Positions 20,461-30,102 of a stretch of DNA of 64,000 bases are shown here, one piece after another; position 1 is the first letter of the stretch, and every line of letters starts with the position of its first letter. Source of the DNA: Lysobacterales bacterium (GTDB lineage Bacteria; Pseudomonadota; Gammaproteobacteria; Xanthomonadales; SZUA-5); the NCBI GenBank assembly GCA_022844165.1, contig JALHMH010000003.1, positions 132,269-196,268 on the forward strand, in the 5' to 3' direction. The translations under genes and the position numbers were made by a program. The notes under the pieces were generated by a model. That model saw nothing but the letters and a program-made list of their open reading frames with translations, had not been told where the DNA came from and did not search any database.

Positions 20461-23400
20461 CGGCACAGCCCGGCAAAGGTTGTGCGTTGCAACGGTATCG
20501 TGCCGCTGCGCTGAACGCCATCAATGGTCAGCGAATACTGCGCGGTCAATGATGTGCAGTTGACGACCTCAATGGTCAGCGTGCCGACCTGGGTTCGCGT
20601 CACGGGTGGCGTGGCGGAGACGAAATCGCCGCCTCGCGTCAACGTCACTGGCAGTGTCGCGCTTGAGCCACTGACCGGGCCGATGGCGGTCAGCCACAGC
20701 GGCGGCTGTTCGACACCCGCTTCGCCAAACTCGTAGGCGTACCAGCCAACGACCAACTGCTGTCGATCGGGAAGGTACTCGATCAGCATTCCCTGGCCGT
20801 TCGTGGCGGGATTGAACCACGTGCCATTGAGGCCCACCTGGAAGCGGCCCGATGGTGCTGGTAGCGCAGCGCTTGCGCCTTGGATTCGAAACGCCTGGCA
20901 CAGTGCGTCCGGCGACAAGCGCTGCAGCGCAATTTGCCCGGTACGTGAGCCCGCACCAAGGGTCACCGAGTACTCGACACGCGCGCGCCCGCAATCGTCG
21001 AAGCGTACGCGCAGGCCACCGGCGTGGGCCAGATTCGCATTCGCCGCATCGAATCGGCCGCGGCTTCGCGATACACTGACTTCCGCTACGCCGTTGCTCA
21101 AGGTGCCGGCGCCGGTCAACCAGACGAGATTGCTGCCAGACGACCCCGGCAGATGGGTGTACCAGGCGACGACAAGGACGTCTTGTTCGGGAATCACATC
21201 GAACTGAAATCCCTGGCCATCGACCGCGGGATCGAACCAAAGGCCGCTCCAGCCGGGGTTGGCGCGCAGCCCGGGAGCAGACAACGAGTAACTGCCGCGA
21301 CCGAGGCTCGCCGCAATCAGCCGGTTGCGCCGCTGGTCGTAGTCCAGTTCGTACACCGGTGCGTTCGGTAAACCCTCGCCCAGGCGCGTCCAATTGCGAT
21401 ACGCCTGTGTCGCGGGTGCGAGGTACACGCCGACGTTAGTGCCTGCAATGAGCATATCGCCCTGCCCGGAATGGATATGCAGAAGGCTGCGCACCAGACC
21501 TGCCTCGCTGGGTAGATTTCCGGTGACGTCCTGCCAGGTAGCGCCAAAGTCGATGGTCTCCAGGATCGCCTGTCCGCCGGCGCGGGTCACGCTGCTGTCG
21601 GCGGCGATCGCGAACGCATGCTCCGCGCGCCGCCCATTGATGGTCACGGCGTGCGCGACACGTGGCGCCGTGTTGGCGCGTGCCAACGTCAACGGCGTGC
21701 CCAGGACCTGGCGCACAAAAACCCCGTCGTCGCCATCGGTGCAACTATTACCGCGACATCCAGCGACGTACAGCGCATCGACATTATTTGTCGCTCCATA
21801 GGCGATCGAAGCCGAAGAGACCACGGCACGTGCGCGAATGCCCTCGCCGATGACCTGGACGGTGTCGCCAGAGTCGAAGGACTCGAACACGCCGTTGTCG
21901 CCGCCGATGACGAGGCGATGGCCTACCGCGCGATTGGCGGCAATCGGTGTTACGAACTGCCCGGTCACCGCATCGCCGCCGCCTACCGATTCAAGCTCGG
22001 CCAACACCACCGCGACCGGTGTCTCGCCGTTGTAGGTGCGGCGCCTGAATCCACCCAGGTTCTGCGAGCTGGTATATCCGACCGATTCACTCTGCAGATC
22101 GCGTTGCAGCGCATCGATCGCGGTATCGCCACCATCGCCGCCACTGATTACGCGCCATAGCCGCTGGCCGATGTTGTCCTGGCGCATCGTGCCGTTGTCC
22201 TGGTTGCCCGTCATCGCAACGCCACTGAGGCCATCGACGGCCAGGCTGTGTTGCTCGCTGACTTGCAGATCGCCGTTCAGCGTAATCCAGCGCCCGCTGC
22301 TGCTCGCCGGATTCAGGCGCGCATACACGCCGCCATCGTCGCCTTCGATCAAGCGCCCTGCCGCATCGAAAGCCATGCTGCGCGAGTCGGCGTGCGGCGA
22401 GCTGTTGTCGCCGGTACCGTTGTGCGTGAGCGGCATCCACTCGCCGCCTGAGCGATCGCGACGGAACAAGCGTCCGGTAAAGCCCCGCGCACTGATGCTG
22501 TTCGGGAAATTGCCATTGCCACCCACCGGTTGCCGATCGCCGCCGACAAAGACCCAGTTCGGATTGGCCGGATCGATCGCAACCGACAGGTGCAAGCGGC
22601 CCTGGCCACCGGGATGAATACCGATCGCCTCGCTGCCCTCCATGGTCTGCGGGATACCGAGCGACGCCCAACTGCTGCCGCCGTCGCTGCTGGCGAATAC
22701 ACCCTGCAAGCGGGCGTCCGAAACCGCGGCAACGACGTTGCCGCCAACAACCGCCTGCAATCGCACCAGCTTTCCGGTGATGGCCAGCTGGGTATTCATA
22801 TCTGCATTGCCGACGCGCGCCCAGGTGGCACCGTTATCGACGCTGCGGTAGATGCCGTTTGCGCTTGAGGAACTGCCGCAGCGTTCGGCGCCATCGATGT
22901 GTGCGAACAGCCTCTCCGGTGCGCTGGCATGGCTTGCCAGCGCCGTCGACAATCCACCAGGCAATCCTTGGCCAGCCCCGAGCTGCACAAAGGTGGACCC
23001 TGCGTCGAGACTGCGAAAAAGCCCATAGTCGGAACATGAGCCGCTGTTAGCGGCATTCACGGCAGCGACCACAACCTCGCCATTGGCGTGCAACCCGGAG
23101 ATGTTGCGACCGGCCATATTGCTGCTCACCACCGACCAGGTTTCGCCTGCGTCGAGTGAGCGCAACACGCCGATGCGCGCGCCACCATCGCTTCGGTAGC
23201 TGCTGAAGCGCCCGACGCCGGCAAACATGCGACGGCTTGCTGCGTCGCTGTGGTCGTATACCAAGGCGCCGATACTGAGCGATCCCAAATGATCGGTTCT
23301 AGCGCGCCACTGCGGCGCGTCTGCCAATGCGTTCTGCGTGCGCCAGATGCCGCCATTCACCGCACCGATGGTCAACACGTTGGCATCGCCTGGGTGCGGC

Positions 23401-24710
23401 AACACCACGTGCACCGCGCCGGAAACAGCGTTGGGGAGGGGGCCGGCAATATTTTCCGATTGTCCACCAATCGCGGAGGCGGGGCCCTGAGCCTCCCAGC
23501 GCTGCGAGCCCGGCTCGATACCAGCGGGCACCGCGACGGTGTAGTTCAGTGCATACGAGGGACCACTGCTCGGCAAGGCCGTGCAACGGAGCGCCGATGC
23601 GTAGGCCGTGGACCGGACGGGCGCGCTGATTGTCAAGTCGCTGACGTCCCCTGCGAATCTAAAACTCACCTGTGAGGTCGGCAGAAAACTGCCCGGTGCA
23701 AGAATGAGCAGCGGCGCTTCTGCTGTGCAATTCAGGGTCACAAAACCAGCGCCTGATGTCCCTGGAATTGCACGAAAGTGGAGCCAGGTCAATGGCGAAG
23801 TGCCACGGACCGATTGCGGAAAATCGATGCGCGAACCTGGCGGCGGCACGCTGCTGATCTGCGGGGCATCGTTTGCGGCCAGTCCGGCAGGGACGATCAC
23901 GGAAAAACTCAACGTGTAGTCCGGACCTTCGGATGGATCGACAGTGCATGCGAGGCCCAGGGATTGCGCGGCGGGCGTCGTCGCGGCGGCGATACTCAGA
24001 TCCACCGGTTGCTGGCCCACGGCGACGGTCTGCGTAAACCGCAGCGCGGTTGGCACCATCCCCGTCGCCCCGACCAATACGCCCGTACCGATGCAATCGA
24101 TGCCAGCGGATGTACCTGGCGCGCCGCCTGTGGCAATCAGGTTGATCGATGTGCGCGATAGTTCGCCCAACGGCGCACCCGGCAAGTTAACCGTGCCCGG
24201 TGGCGGATTGGCGGTAATGATGGGCGTCGGATTGGCTGCGATCAAACGCAACGCGATCGTGCCCGAAGCCGTGTTTTGCCCCGATAGAAATCCATCGACT
24301 GCGATTTGGTAAGTGGTGCCGGCAATTGCGTTAAACCGCACCTCACTGGCCACGCCGCTGGTATCGTCGTTGCTGGCGATTGCCGTTAACTGGTTCACTG
24401 CTGCGCCCGTGTACACCGCAAGTACAGTGTCGAAATTGCTGCCGACCGTATTGATGACAACGCGCACCGTGCTCGGCGCGGTCCAGCGCCACCAGACAGA
24501 AGCAGATCCGCCGACACCCGCATGCTGCGGCTCGCCAGGCTCCCGCGTTGCGCCTACGTTGTTGCCGCTCGCCTGCGCTGTCGCACCGGATAAGGCACCA
24601 GCGTTGACGAAAGCATCGTTGGCGGGTTGCGCATGGACTGCCCTCGCGATCAGCAACAGGCACATTGTCAGCAGAGCGCGCAGCAAGGAATGGCTCGTCA
24701 CGGTATTCAT
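20448..24710 (-). CDS. Giant secreted multidomain BNR/Asp-box protein (N-terminal PPC-like domain, two Ig-like repeats, beta-propellers, two C-terminal repeats)
   Basis: The internal ATG 24710 gives signal peptide MNTVTSHSLLRALLTMCLLLIARAVHA-QP. FDTVLAVYTG..NDD is a PPC-like block. Two ~115-aa repeats end in ..VIVPAG and ..VAVPAG. Asp boxes: SLDAGETW, SVDNGATW, SSDGGSSW, TIDFGATW. Two C-terminal repeats: GLWFDPAVDGQGF.. and GTWFNPATNGQGM.. Confidence 0.8.
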   Translation of the reverse strand: MNTVTSHSLLRALLTMCLLLIARAVHAQPANDAFVNAGALSGATAQASGNNVGATREPGEPQHAGVGGSASVWWRWTAPSTVRVVINTVGSNFDTVLAVYTGAAVNQLTAIASNDDTSGVASEVRFNAIAGTTYQIAVDGFLSGQNTASGTIALRLIAANPTPIITANPPPGTVNLPGAPLGELSRTSINLIATGGAPGTSAGIDCIGTGVLVGATGMVPTALRFTQTVAVGQQPVDLSIAAATTPAAQSLGLACTVDPSEGPDYTLSFSVIVPAGLAANDAPQISSVPPPGSRIDFPQSVRGTSPLTWLHFRAIPGTSGAGFVTLNCTAEAPLLILAPGSFLPTSQVSFRFAGDVSDLTISAPVRSTAYASALRCTALPSSGPSYALNYTVAVPAGIEPGSQRWEAQGPASAIGGQSENIAGPLPNAVSGAVHVVLPHPGDANVLTIGAVNGGIWRTQNALADAPQWRARTDHLGSLSIGALVYDHSDAASRRMFAGVGRFSSYRSDGGARIGVLRSLDAGETWSVVSSNMAGRNISGLHANGEVVVAAVNAANSGSCSDYGLFRSLDAGSTFVQLGAGQGLPGGLSTALASHASAPERLFAHIDGAERCGSSSSANGIYRSVDNGATWARVGNADMNTQLAITGKLVRLQAVVGGNVVAAVSDARLQGVFASSDGGSSWASLGIPQTMEGSEAIGIHPGGQGRLHLSVAIDPANPNWVFVGGDRQPVGGNGNFPNSISARGFTGRLFRRDRSGGEWMPLTHNGTGDNSSPHADSRSMAFDAAGRLIEGDDGGVYARLNPASSSGRWITLNGDLQVSEQHSLAVDGLSGVAMTGNQDNGTMRQDNIGQRLWRVISGGDGGDTAIDALQRDLQSESVGYTSSQNLGGFRRRTYNGETPVAVVLAELESVGGGDAVTGQFVTPIAANRAVGHRLVIGGDNGVFESFDSGDTVQVIGEGIRARAVVSSASIAYGATNNVDALYVAGCRGNSCTDGDDGVFVRQVLGTPLTLARANTAPRVAHAVTINGRRAEHAFAIAADSSVTRAGGQAILETIDFGATWQDVTGNLPSEAGLVRSLLHIHSGQGDMLIAGTNVGVYLAPATQAYRNWTRLGEGLPNAPVYELDYDQRRNRLIAASLGRGSYSLSAPGLRANPGWSGLWFDPAVDGQGFQFDVIPEQDVLVVAWYTHLPGSSGSNLVWLTGAGTLSNGVAEVSVSRSRGRFDAANANLAHAGGLRVRFDDCGRARVEYSVTLGAGSRTGQIALQRLSPDALCQAFRIQGASAALPAPSGRFQVGLNGTWFNPATNGQGMLIEYLPDRQQLVVGWYAYEFGEAGVEQPPLWLTAIGPVSGSSATLPVTLTRGGDFVSATPPVTRTQVGTLTIEVVNCTSLTAQYSLTIDGVQRSGTIPLQRTTFAGLCRESP

Positions 24711-24770
24711 CTCGCAGACCGACTGTTGGCCAGTATATTGTGAGAACCAATGAGCGATGGCGGGCAGGTT

Positions 24771-25670
24771 ATGCACATTCGGAACGTGTTGGGCTGCTGG
24801 AGTTTGTGCGCGATCGGCCTGATCTCCCCGCCACTCGCAGCGACAGAGTTGCAACCGGGATTGCTGCTCGGTGACAACCGTGTTTGGTTGATGGCGCAGG
24901 ACGGCGGCGTTGCCTGTGTCGCTGTCGACAATGGCGAGGAACTCTGGATTTCGCGCGATATAGCGCAGCCGGTAGGTATCAGCGAAAGCCAGTTATTGGC
25001 GCTGCGCGAGACCACCCGTGAGGGACTGTCTTATGCATGGGTGGAAGCTGACAGTGGCCAGCGCCTGGCGGTTGGTCGCGCCGAACTACCCGAGGGCGTG
25101 CGCGTGCTGATCGACGAGCGGCTTGGCGAATCGTTCGCCATCAATGCGAACGACAGCGGTTTCGATTGGCACTACCGGCGTTCTGAGGTGCGCGGCGCAC
25201 CCGAGAGCGAAGACGACAATATGGCCAAGCGCAGCGCTAGTGTCGACAACCAAGGCGCGTTTCGAATCGACTGGAGCAAACGTGCTGTGATCGAATCTCG
25301 CGTCGACATCCACAAAGCGCCGCCTCGAGCGGCCGAGATCGGCACACCCGACGCCGCCACGCGCAGATTCCGCTCGCAGAGCGATGCATTTCGTCTTGCC
25401 AGCGAGCGTCAGGCCGACGGCCGTTACCGTTGGACGATTTCGACAGCCCAGGGTGAAACCCTGGGCGCCGTGACCAGCGACTATTCCTATCGGCCGTTCG
25501 ACGTCATCGCCGGACGCCTGCTGTTCGTCACGCCCTTGTCGATGCGGCGCGACGGCGCGGAGGTTGCACTTTCGATGCCGACCCTGGTTGCTTACGATCT
25601 GGCGAACGGTGAGCGTGTCTGGCAGCGAGAGCTTCGAGACACGCGCTACCGAGGACCTTATCCGCCCTAA
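24771..25670 (+). CDS. Hypothetical secreted protein
   Basis: 299 aa from ATG 24771. Signal-like MHIRNVLGCWSLCAIGLISPPLAA. Weak PQQ/BamB-like repeat signatures (VAVDNGEELW, AYDLANGERVWQ). Transcribed divergently from the giant BNR gene. No confident family assignment. Confidence 0.5.
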   Translation: MHIRNVLGCWSLCAIGLISPPLAATELQPGLLLGDNRVWLMAQDGGVACVAVDNGEELWISRDIAQPVGISESQLLALRETTREGLSYAWVEADSGQRLAVGRAELPEGVRVLIDERLGESFAINANDSGFDWHYRRSEVRGAPESEDDNMAKRSASVDNQGAFRIDWSKRAVIESRVDIHKAPPRAAEIGTPDAATRRFRSQSDAFRLASERQADGRYRWTISTAQGETLGAVTSDYSYRPFDVIAGRLLFVTPLSMRRDGAEVALSMPTLVAYDLANGERVWQRELRDTRYRGPYPP

Positions 25671-25827
25671 GCGCAGGGTCGGCAACGGATGGAGACCTCA
25701 TCACCGCGATTTCAGAGCCAATCGCACCAATCGCGTGCGTGCCTTGAAATCCGCCTGTCGCCGGCATCGTTGAGTCAATCAAACCGGAAGAGTCGACTAA
25801 ACTCCATCCTTTACGGTGAGACCCGAC

Positions 25828-27969
25828 ATGGCCACAACAATTGCCGATGTACTCGATCTGTTGCACAAGCGCCTGGGCAAACACTGGACGGTTGCTGCAC
25901 CGCTTGGATTGGGTAAACCCAATGCCCTGCTCAATGCCATTTACGCCGCAGCGAAGGCCGATTCGTCGATCCAGTTGCTGATTCTGACGGCATTGTCGCT
26001 GGCCCGGCCACAGCCCAGGGCCGACCTGGAAAAGCGCTTTCTCGGACCGTTCGCGGCACGTTGGTGGGGCGAAGATTATCCTGACCTGAATTATGTGGCA
26101 GATGTTCGCAGTGGCCAGGTGCCGAAGAACGTTTCGGTGCACGAGTTCTATCTGCAATCGGGCTCGATGTTGGGATGTGGGTTGGCGCAGCAGAACTACA
26201 CCAGCGTTAACTACACGCATGTGGCGCGCGACGTCGCAGCGGCCGGCGCGAATGTCGCGGTGCAACTGTTGGCGCGTCGCGAAGCACCCGGAGGCCCTCG
26301 CTACAGTTTGTCGTGCAACACGGATGTCACGCTCGATCTGCGCGATCGGCTCGCGGCCGAAGGACGACGGCTGGTCATGATCGGTGTCGTGCACCCAGAT
26401 CTCCCTTTCATCGGCAACGACGCCGAAGTCGATGCGCGGTTGTTCGATGCCATCATCGATAGCCCGCCACACGAGTTATTCGCACTGCCTCGGCAGCCGG
26501 TGGAAGACGCCGAATATGTGCTCGGACTGCATGCCAGTACGTTGGTCAAGGACGGCGGTACCTTGCAGATCGGAATCGGCGCGTTGTCCGATGCGCTGGT
26601 CTATGCGTTACGTTTGCGCCATCGAGACAATCTTGCATATCGCACCCTGATCGAGACGCTACAGGAACCGAACGAGCGCCTGTTGGCCGCCAAAATTGGC
26701 GGCTTTGAGCCGCTGACGACGGGCCTTTATGGCGCCAGCGAAATGGTCATGGATGGCTTCATGGAATTGCACCGTGCCGGCATCCTGAAGCGCCGCGTGT
26801 ACGAGTCCACCGCCTTGCAGCAATTGCTCAATCGTGGCGCGATTGGCACGACGCTGCGTGGCGAACAGCTCGATCTCCTGATCGAATCGGCGGTCTATCC
26901 AAGGCCGCTTGATGCCGATGCGATTGAACTGCTGACGACCCTGGCGCTGTTGCCGGCAGGCACCACACTGGCCTCCCGCGAGCGGTTTCGCTGGCCCGAT
27001 GGCAGCGAGTGCGACACCCTGCTGGCGGACGGCGCGACGCGTGAGCGATTGCGCGCCTGGATCGATGGCCGCGAACTGACGGGCGGGCGCTATCTGCACG
27101 GAGCGTTTTACCTGGGTTCCAAAGCGCTTTATGCGTGGATGCGAGCGCTTGAGGGTGCAGATTTCGACGGTTTTTCGATGACGCGCGTGTCCCACATCAA
27201 CGAGTTATACGGTGGCCAGGAAGCCTTGCACCGCGCGCAGCGCCATGACGCACGGTTCTTCAATACCTGCATGATGCAAACGCTGCTCGGCGCTGCGGTT
27301 TCGGATGCCCTCGACTCCGGGCAAATCGTCAGCGGCGTTGGCGGCCAATACAACTTCGTCGCGATGGCGCATGCGCTACCGACGGGGCGTTCGGTATTGA
27401 TGTTGCGCTCGACGCGCGAATCGGGCGGAGAAGTGCGCTCTAACATCGTCTGGAATTACGGCCACACGACGATCCCAAGGCACCTTCGCGATCTCGTCGT
27501 CACCGAGTACGGTATCGCTGATTTGCGCGGTCAAAGCGATTTGGAGTGCATCCGGCGACTGCTCGCGATCAGCGATGCTCGTTTTCAGGACGAGTTGTTG
27601 GCTCAGGCTAAAACCGCGGGCAAGGCGCCGGCCGATATGACGATCGCCGAGCGCCATCGAAGCAATCGACCTGAGCACTTGAGCGCGGTTTTGCGTGACG
27701 CAAAATCGCGCGGACTGTTTAGTTTGTTTCCGTTCGGCTCGGACTTCGACGCCGTAGAAGAGCGTACCGTCAGTGCGCTGCGCTGGCTCAAGGCCAATAC
27801 GGTCCGTACGCCCGATCGCGTGCGCACCTTGTTCGCCGCACTCGGCGCTCGCCCCGGCATTGAGGAAACCGCAGTGCTGAAGCGTCTAGATCTCGACCAG
27901 CCGAAAAGCTTCCATGAGCGACTGTACGCTAGGTTGGTGACGTTGGCGCTGCGACGTTCGCATCAATGA
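25828..27969 (+). CDS. Acetyl-CoA hydrolase/transferase family protein (long form)
   Basis: ATG 25828 (MATTIADVLDLL). APLGLGKPNALLNAIY and the later GGQYNFVAMAH and VTEYGIADLRG blocks are typical of the acetyl-CoA hydrolase/CoA-transferase family. 713 aa. Confidence 0.75.
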   Translation: MATTIADVLDLLHKRLGKHWTVAAPLGLGKPNALLNAIYAAAKADSSIQLLILTALSLARPQPRADLEKRFLGPFAARWWGEDYPDLNYVADVRSGQVPKNVSVHEFYLQSGSMLGCGLAQQNYTSVNYTHVARDVAAAGANVAVQLLARREAPGGPRYSLSCNTDVTLDLRDRLAAEGRRLVMIGVVHPDLPFIGNDAEVDARLFDAIIDSPPHELFALPRQPVEDAEYVLGLHASTLVKDGGTLQIGIGALSDALVYALRLRHRDNLAYRTLIETLQEPNERLLAAKIGGFEPLTTGLYGASEMVMDGFMELHRAGILKRRVYESTALQQLLNRGAIGTTLRGEQLDLLIESAVYPRPLDADAIELLTTLALLPAGTTLASRERFRWPDGSECDTLLADGATRERLRAWIDGRELTGGRYLHGAFYLGSKALYAWMRALEGADFDGFSMTRVSHINELYGGQEALHRAQRHDARFFNTCMMQTLLGAAVSDALDSGQIVSGVGGQYNFVAMAHALPTGRSVLMLRSTRESGGEVRSNIVWNYGHTTIPRHLRDLVVTEYGIADLRGQSDLECIRRLLAISDARFQDELLAQAKTAGKAPADMTIAERHRSNRPEHLSAVLRDAKSRGLFSLFPFGSDFDAVEERTVSALRWLKANTVRTPDRVRTLFAALGARPGIEETAVLKRLDLDQPKSFHERLYARLVTLALRRSHQ

Positions 27970-28052
27970 GCCGACACTGCGCTCATCGGGCTTCTCGCCG
28001 GGCCGGTTGAAGATTGCGAGTTGCAGACCAGTATTGCTCGCCTCTGGAATCC

Positions 28053-28256
28053 GTTTCTTCAAAGCGGCTGTGGCTTTTGCGGCCCCATGAATCAGGGGAT
28101 AAGACTCGGCGCGGACACGCCGCAGGCGTGTGCCGATCCAAAAGACCGGCGGCTTTGCCGCCAGGCCGGAAATGCGCGAAGCGCGCGGGCTTGTGGCGAG
28201 TACGCTGTCGAACGAAGCCAGCAATGCTCGTTGATCTGAGGCGAAGCCTCGCTAGA
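28053..28256 (+). repeat. Structured intergenic repeat, tandem unit A (long variant)
   Basis: The 5' module GTTTCTTCAAAGCGGCTGTGGCTTTTGCGGCCCC and the 3' module CGAAGCCAGCAATGCTCGTTGATCTGAGGCGAAGCCTCGCTAGA match unit B with few mismatches. It carries about 60-70 extra nt containing hairpins (ACACGCC-GCA-GGCGTGT, GGCGG-CTTT-GCCGCC, GCGCG-AA-GCGCGC). Confidence 0.75.
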
Positions 28257-28291
28257 GTCCTTGACGGAGCCGGATCTTGTCAATTGAGTCT

Positions 28292-28434
28292 GTTTCTTCA
28301 GAGCGGTTTTGGCTTTGGCAGCCCCCTTAAATTAAGGGGGCGATTGAGCGCGCAGCGCTCGATGGGGGTTGTGGAAAGTACGGTGTCTGGCGAAGCCAAC
28401 AATGCTCGGCGGTCTGAGGCGAAGCCTCGCTAGA
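28292..28434 (+). repeat. Structured intergenic repeat, tandem unit B (short variant)
   Basis: GTTTCTTCAGAGCGGTTTTGGCTTTGGCAGCCCCC. Hairpin GCCCCCTT-AAATT-AAGGGGGC (28321-28341). ATTGAGCGC-GCA-GCGCTCGAT. The 3' module CGAAGCCAACAATGCTCGGCGGTCTGAGGCGAAGCCTCGCTAGA has a terminal CTA that is the stop codon of the DUF481 gene on the other strand. Confidence 0.75.
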
Positions 28435-29143
28435 AGTTGTACACCAGATTGGTCGTGAACAATGAGTCGGTCTTTTCCAGGCCGGGCGCAACATCCGTGT
28501 TGTGGCGGAACTGCAGCCCAGCCTTGAGCGCGAGCCGGTCACTCATCTTCACCACCAACCCGGCGTCGTTCTGGGCAAAGGTGTTATCCGAGCCAGCTTC
28601 AAGCAACAAGGTGTTTTCGAAGCTGGTGGTCTCGGTCAACACATGCTTGAATCCCATCAAACCGCGCACGATGAACTCGCCGTCGGTCTCGCCGCTGACC
28701 ACTTCCTTAAAGCGCCGGTAACCGGGTCCGCCTTCGAACAACCACTCGGTGGCATCGTTCTTGATCGCGTAATAACCGTAGCTCAACGCGGCGATCGCCT
28801 GATAGTCGAACGGCGCGAAGTCGTCGTTTTCGTATCGCAGCGAGCCATTGAGGTAGCTGCGTTCATCGAACTTGTAGGCTGACGAACCGGTCAGTTCATA
28901 GCGGTTGGCGGTCAACACCAACTCGTCGGTGCCGGCCACTTCACCTTTCTGACGCAGTACGGCGAAACCGAGGGCGTGTTTCCACTGCGCATCTTCGAGC
29001 GTAAGTCCCAGCCTGGCGTTCAACGATTCGGTTTCCGAGTTGCCTCGCGACAGCGCAAGGCCCAGTTCACCCGCACCCTTCCAACCTTCGGCAAGCGAAG
29101 CGCTCGACAACGCTAAAAGTGCCACAACAGAAATGCAACGCAT
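28430..29143 (-). CDS. DUF481 (YdiY-like) outer-membrane beta-barrel protein
   Basis: Signal peptide MRCISVVALLALSSASLA. EGWKGAGELGLALSRGNSETESLNARL start, alternating beta-strand pattern, and terminal ..TTNLVYNF with an aromatic last residue. Confidence 0.8.
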   Translation of the reverse strand: MRCISVVALLALSSASLAEGWKGAGELGLALSRGNSETESLNARLGLTLEDAQWKHALGFAVLRQKGEVAGTDELVLTANRYELTGSSAYKFDERSYLNGSLRYENDDFAPFDYQAIAALSYGYYAIKNDATEWLFEGGPGYRRFKEVVSGETDGEFIVRGLMGFKHVLTETTSFENTLLLEAGSDNTFAQNDAGLVVKMSDRLALKAGLQFRHNTDVAPGLEKTDSLFTTNLVYNF

Positions 29144-29215
29144 CTAAATTGTCCTGATCAGAAAAACCGCACGAATGCTGGTTCGCCGGCGCTGAATTGC
29201 CGGTGAAGCGGCACG

Positions 29216-30013
29216 CTATCGATTCAGGAAGAAGCTAAAGACCATGTCGGCAATCAAAATGGCGCAGATGCTGTAAACCACGGCGCGCGTAGTGGCACGG
29301 CCTACGCCTTCGGCGCCGCCTGTGACCGAAAAGCCGGTCGCGACGCCAATCAGCACGATCAAAACGCCGAACACCACGCTCTTGATCAGTCCCTGATTGA
29401 TGTCCCAGGGCTCAAGTACGATCAAACACTGGTAGAGGAATCCAGACAGGCTCATATCGACGCTGCCCAGGGCGAACAGTGCGCCGCCGACGATCGCAAA
29501 AAAGTCGGCGATCAACGTCAGGCACGGCAGCATCACGATCGTCGCGATCATCGGAGGTGCTGCGAGATAGCGTACCGGCTCAACGCCGATGACGCGCAGG
29601 GCGTCTATTTCCTGCGAAACCACCATCGAACCCAGGCGAGCAGCCAAAGCCGATGCCGAACGGCCCGCGACGACGATGCCCGTAATCAGTGGCCCGAACT
29701 CGCGCGTCACGCCGATTCCCAGGCCTACAACGATGGCACTCTCGGCACCGAATCGCTCCAATTGCGCGATACCGTTGATCGCCAGGCTCAAGCCGATGGT
29801 CACCGCCAATAGCGAAACGATTGGGACCGCATCGACGCCAATTTGCCGCATCTGCTCAAACACCGCCTTGACGCGCAACGGCTGCCCGACGCGCCAACCG
29901 AAGAAAGTGAAGTAGAAGGTCTCGACCAGCAGCGCCCCGTAGTAGCCGAGTTCCAACAATGCCGCCTGCGTATTGCGGCCCAGATTGACAATGGCGTTGT
30001 ACGCTGAAGTCAT
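29216..30013 (-). CDS. MlaE/Ttg2B-family ABC transporter permease (no cognate ATPase or MCE protein adjacent)
   Basis: 265 aa. Blocks QMRQIGVDAVPIV, VTREFGPLITGIVVAGRSASALAARLGSMVVSQEIDALRVIG are the MlaE signature. Confidence 0.85.
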   Translation of the reverse strand: MTSAYNAIVNLGRNTQAALLELGYYGALLVETFYFTFFGWRVGQPLRVKAVFEQMRQIGVDAVPIVSLLAVTIGLSLAINGIAQLERFGAESAIVVGLGIGVTREFGPLITGIVVAGRSASALAARLGSMVVSQEIDALRVIGVEPVRYLAAPPMIATIVMLPCLTLIADFFAIVGGALFALGSVDMSLSGFLYQCLIVLEPWDINQGLIKSVVFGVLIVLIGVATGFSVTGGAEGVGRATTRAVVYSICAILIADMVFSFFLNR

Positions 30014-30102
30014 GGTGTCTTATCGACCCGCGAAGTTCGGAGCGAACCCTGACTGTTGCAGGGTCGCCGCGGTTCTCGCCTCTGCTGTTGAGCAAACCAG
30101 GA

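Noticed and set aside
28014-28542. ORFs of 63-139 aa in the 27970-28429 gap (for example 28014..28433 +, 28327..28542 -).
   Set aside because: They run through the tandem structured repeats, have Arg/Ala/Ser-rich low-complexity translations and no RBS, and two of them overlap each other. They are repeat-derived, not genes.
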